The notes under the pieces: generated by a model
Database searches by the model: none
Seen by the model: the letters and a program-made list of their open reading frames with translations, nothing else
Told to the model about the DNA's origin: nothing
Assembly: GCA_951406725.2 (NCBI GenBank)
Contig: OX597833.1
Coordinates: 1,612,001-1,676,000 of the forward strand
Source: Octopus vulgaris
Taxonomy: Eukaryota
Direction: 5' to 3'
Length of the DNA: 64,000 nucleotides
Part shown: piece by piece, positions 59,420 through 64,000 of the stretch
Numbering within the stretch: the first letter of the stretch is position 1
Layout of the letters: every line of letters begins with the position of its first letter
Translations under genes and position numbers: made by a program

Positions 59420-59805
59420 ACAAATGCCAGAACTGGGCGCTACTGCGTGGTGACAAGGTCTCCAAATTTGCCATCAAGATGTAGGACGAGATACTGTGAT
59501 AGCCTGGGCTTCCGAGGCCCACAGCTCTTCAATATCCTCCCGAAGAACCTAAGAGACCTGCATGGGGTGGATGCAGATGTCTTTAAAATGAAACTGGATC
59601 TCTTCCTGTCAGGTGTCCCAGATGAACCAACTTCACGGCAGGAGGTGCAGATGAGGGCAGCTACATCGAACTCTCTCATGCACCAAATGGCAGTTGCTAA
59701 AAAGCTTTCGTGAAGTAAAACCATGTAGCAACACCAAATGGCGGTGCCCCAGCATGGCCACAGCTCATGAGCTGAAACTAGAATCAATCAATCAATCAAT
59801 CAATC
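59420..59805 (+). mobile_element. 5'-truncated CR1/L2-type LINE 3' end (RT C-terminus, 3' UTR, (AATC)n tail)
   Basis: SLGFRGPQLFNILPKNLRDLHGVDADVFKMKLDLFLSGVPDEPT...RAATSNSL, stop at 59711-59713, tail ggcggtgccccagcatggccacagctcatgagctgaaac. Confidence 0.85.
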
Positions 59806-59973
59806 ATATATATATATATATTTGTAATGCGCATGGTAAAATTTTGGAGGGAAAAGTTACGGATTGAAACGTCTATATAGGTTTGGGCCATGCTTGCTCT
59901 CTTCCACTATTTGGATGTCGCCTGATCGAGAAGTGGAGGTACGTAGCATTTGATAAATCTATTTTAGCGGAGG

Positions 59974-60040
59974 TTTACGCTGACGAAGGACATGGGATTG
60001 ATATTTTATTATATTCCTAATCTAGAAACTCGTTCGTAAA
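59974..60040 (+). ncRNA. Type I hammerhead motif
   Basis: tttacg-CTGACGA-(imperfect long helix II)-GAAA-ctc-GTT-cgtaaa; 6-bp helix I. Confidence 0.6.
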
Positions 60041-60239
60041 TAACCGTTAGACTTTGTTTTCGTTATTTCTTCCTTCTGTTTTGCATATGTGAATTACAGG
60101 GATATGTCGTATGTGGAGTCTTATTTGTAGAAAATAGAAATAGACAGTCTTTGACTGCTATTTCTAATTTTTTCAGTATGTGGCTAAGCAACCTGTTGCC
60201 TGCCTTTTTTATTTATATACAATATATATATATAATAAA

Positions 60240-61030
60240 TTAATAAATAAAACATATGCATATATACATACATATATGTACGTACCTACCTCTACATGTA
60301 TATATACATGCATATATGAGTACAGGAGACCAAAAAAAACGTCGAACACAAAGAGAAACGAAAACATAAACACAAAACCAAGGAAATGGACATTTCTTTT
60401 AAACAACGAAAAAATAGAGTACAGGACATACAAAACAAGGAAAATTCCCCTTCTTCAGTCGCCTTAGTTTCATCTACTCCACGTTTCGAAGGTCAAGGCG
60501 ATACATGACTTCAATAAAACTTTCCTTCCCGCGAAAATCAAATTAAATAAAATTTGAGATTTTTTGCGGAGGGGTAAAAATGGTAACAAAAACAGGACAG
60601 TAACGACAGTACAAAATATAAACAGTAAAAGACAGGACACGGAGAATAACAGTAACACAAACAAGATAAAAAAAACGAGATAAAAAATTAAAAAAAATTT
60701 TTTTTTTACGAACGCTATTTTTTGAGAACGGCGGAGAGCAACAGATTTTACCATCTCTACTTGAAGGAAGCCAGGAGAAGAAAGGCAGTGGGACCCATCC
60801 CATCACGTGACCGCGACGGGAGGGAGGAGGAATGTGTGTGTGTGTACATGCATATATGGGTACAGGACATTAAGAAAACGTAGAACACAATGAGAACGAA
60901 AACATAAAAGCAAAAACAGAGAAAGGAACTTTATTTTGTAACAACGAAAAAAACCCCAGAGAAACGTGACATACAACATAAAGAATATTCCCCTTCTTCA
61001 GTTGTCCCTGTTTCATCTACTCCGCGTTTC
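60240..61030. mobile_element. Unclassified repeat with internal direct repeats (60306-60488 and 60846-61030)
   Basis: Both copies share acatgcatatat...gtacagga...ttccccttcttcagt...tttcatctactcc; left end matches 16998-17100. Confidence 0.6.
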
Positions 61031-61429
61031 GTCCCAACCACATGGTTCCGGGTTCAGTCCTACTGACACCTTGGGTAAGTGTCCTCTCCTATATATATTC
61101 GGGCTATTTGTTGTTTGGTAAGACGAGTAAATATCGGAAATTCAACTTCAAAGACTCCAGTATCAAATTCCATTATCATCCCCATGACGGTAATTTCGCG
61201 TGTTTACTATTTTTATTGTAGACGGAATCGAATATTATTTCCATTACGGTGACCGGCAATAATTAGCGATGTTTTTTTTCAAAAAAGTTCTTTATAATAA
61301 TAAATGTATATTTCTGATCAAGATCTTATCTGAGAAAGGTTTCTCCTGAAGCTGTTTTCGTTATATATTTAGCATAATCGCCGGATGAGACAAAAAACGT
61401 TAAAGTTAATAATTAATTATTTATCTTAT

Positions 61430-61719
61430 ATCTTTTACTTATTTCAGTCATTAGACTGCGGCCAAGCTGGAGCAGTGACTTGAAGAGTTCTTAGTCAAAA
61501 TTACCATCCACAGATGCAATTTTTTAAAAACCTGGTACTTGTTCCTATCGTTCTCTTTTGTCGAATCACTAAGTTACGAGAACGTAAACACGCCATCACC
61601 TGTTGATGGAGGACATACAGACAGACAGACACACACACACAGACACACACACGCACACACACACACACACACGCACACACATACACAGACAGACACACAC
61701 ACACACAGACACACACACG

Positions 61720-61774
<55 letters not shown>

Positions 61775-61920
61775 CGGGCTTCTTTCAGTTTCCGTCTACT
61801 AAATCCACTCAAGATTTTGGTCGTTTCGAAGATTGCTACCGTATGTGCTACACAGTAGGCCTGAACCCGGAACCATGTGGTTTGGAAGAAAATCTCCTAT
61901 TACACAGTCATGGCGGCGTC
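61430..61920 (-). mobile_element. Family A SINE, diverged, expanded internal (CA)n/(TA)n
   Basis: Collinear with 42020-42470. Confidence 0.8.
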
Positions 61921-62179
61921 TAATATCGTATAATTAAATTAAATATGGTGACAATTTATTGCTGTGTTAAATTAAAACCATCAACAAGAAAAATACACCA
62001 CCCAGTGAGCGATAAATATCCCTTAATGCATACAACAGAAAGATACCAGCTACTGATAGTTTCTGCCTGTGATGACAGACGTGTAGCCAAGTGTTTCAGA
62101 TTGCTGAGAGAAAACTTGCCTGGACACGTGTCTTCACTGCATGAAACTAATACTAGCCTGTATCTTTATACCATACTAT

Positions 62180-62541
62180 TTTTTTACTCTTTTACTCTTG
62201 TTTCAGTCATTTGACTGTGGCCATGCTGCAGCACCGCCTTTAGTCGAGCAAATCGACCCCAGGACTTATTCTTTGTAAGCCTAGTACTTATTCTATCGGT
62301 CTATTTTGCCGAACCGCTATGTTACGGGACGTAAACACACCAGCGTCGGTTGTCAAGGGATGTTGGGTGGGTGGGGTTACAAACACAGACACACAAATAC
62401 ACACACATATACATATAGATACATATGTACGACGGGCTTCTTTCAGTTTCCGTCTCCCAGATCCACTGACAAGGGTTTGGTCGGCCCGAGGCTATAGTAG
62501 AAGATACTCGCTCAAGGTGCCACGCAGTGGGACTGAACCCA
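62180..62541 (-). mobile_element. Family A SINE, 5'-truncated
   Basis: Collinear with 42020-42400. Confidence 0.85.
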
Positions 62542-63154
62542 GATATGTTGATATTTAGATATATATTCTTGCAAAATTTATGCAATATATTTCTTTGTAG
62601 AGTAAGTTCTCTGATGCTATAAAAGATTTGATTTTGATGGAGGCAGTAGGCTGTGTAGGTCGAGATGTGTTATGACGTATCCAGATACGAAGACATGGTA
62701 TGTGTATGTATGTGTGTGTATGTGTGTGGGTGTGCTCACGTGTGTAGCAGCTCTAAATCTGCTTGCAAATGCATCAATGTTTGTTCCTTGTTGATATTAC
62801 ACCAAGTTTGTGTCCCCGTTGGTGCCTTGTCATGCCGCAAAGTTTCTGCATCTTGTTTATTCTCTTCACCATGCATTCAGGGACCCAACTGTTAATTTAC
62901 AGAAATATTATATTACACAATTGCTATAAGAATCAATTCACTTCGGATCTAAAGGGAAGAGTCTGGTGGGAGATTTGCTGTATAACATGATTATGACTGG
63001 TAACAAAATTTCATTAATGGCTCGCATCATATATCATTGGTTGTTTGGATGGTTTGGCAGAAGCTCTAAGGGAACACGAGAGACTTATCCCTGCTTTTGG
63101 TATAAAAAAGTAGTCACTTCCAAAATAAAAATGCCCTACTGTTGTCGTCGTCGT

Positions 63155-63533
63155 GGCACTCCGTCGGTTACGACGACGAGGGTTCCAGTTGAACCGATCA
63201 ATGGAATAACCTGTTCGTGAAATTAACGTGCAAGTGGCCGAGCCCTCCACAGACACGCGTACATTTAGCGTGGTTCTCGGGGAGATTCAGCGTGACACAG
63301 AGCATGACAAAGCTGGTCCTTTGAAATACAGGTACGACAGAAACAGGAAGAAAGAGTGAGAGAAATTTGCGGTGAGAGTGTACAGCAGGGTTCGCCATCA
63401 CACCCTGCCAGAGCCTCGGGGTGCTTTAGGTGTTTTCGGACAATAAACACTAAGAACACCCGGTCTGGGAATCGAAACAGCGATCCTAAGACCGCGAGTC
63501 CGCTGCCGTAACTACTGAGCCATTGCGCCTCCA
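63155..63533 (-). mobile_element. Family B SINE, full length, tail type 1
   Basis: Reverse complement of 6558-6940. Confidence 0.9.
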
Positions 63534-64000
63534 CACCCTACTGTACCCCATGCTGAGTGAACAATTGCCCACATTGTTCAGCTTCTAGTATCAAATTTCT
63601 TTGACGATGTTCATTTAAGTGATGAGGAATTGTGGAGTCTTCATGTATGCAAACAAATTTATGGATCGCTCTGAACATTGACCAATTAATCCCGCAGCTG
63701 TCGATTCTGTTGCTACACCCACACCGGCTGCGCAAAGCAAAACAAATTAATAGCTTTATGAAAAAAATGCAGATTCGTTAGCCCAGAGTCAAACACACAC
63801 GTTAAAAGGATCTGATTTAGATCCGTTTACTGAATACAATTACCATCGCACTTGTACAGGGATTTCAAGGTAAATCCCTGTACGAATCTGTTATTTAATC
63901 CAAAACTTCTCTAAAACGTGTCTAGGGATAACTAGTCATGTAGTTTTTCGAGGTCCACAATGCAAGTATAAATCATGTTAATACATCCAAGTTTTTGCGA

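Noticed and set aside
63538-63735. Possible RTE C-terminal fragment
   Set aside because: Similarity too weak to call.

Overview
AT-rich, microsatellite-saturated eukaryotic DNA. The repeat families suggest an octopus/cephalopod genome (inference). I see no intact protein-coding gene; nearly all supplied ORFs are translations of (TA)n, (CA)n or (AAT)n. The window is a mosaic of: three tRNA-derived SINE families (A, B, C), with family B carrying swapped 3' tails; decayed LINE pieces (CR1/L2-type ORF1 and RT 3' end, RTE, R4/Dong); a deleted mariner and a MITE; and many Penelope-like (PLE) pseudo-LTR fragments, most abutting (TA)n. The strongest unannotated signal is a dense set of type I hammerhead ribozyme (HHR) motifs from about nine unrelated sequence families. 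One is a palindromic element with back-to-back tRNA-like Pol III heads, each arm running out into a hammerhead (4626-5095; relatives at about 35857 and 39221). Also notable are a 6 x 184 bp SINE-derived tandem array nested inside another SINE, and a LINE 3' tail shared with two SINE families that shows compensatory stem changes. All coordinates were read by eye and may be off by a few bases.
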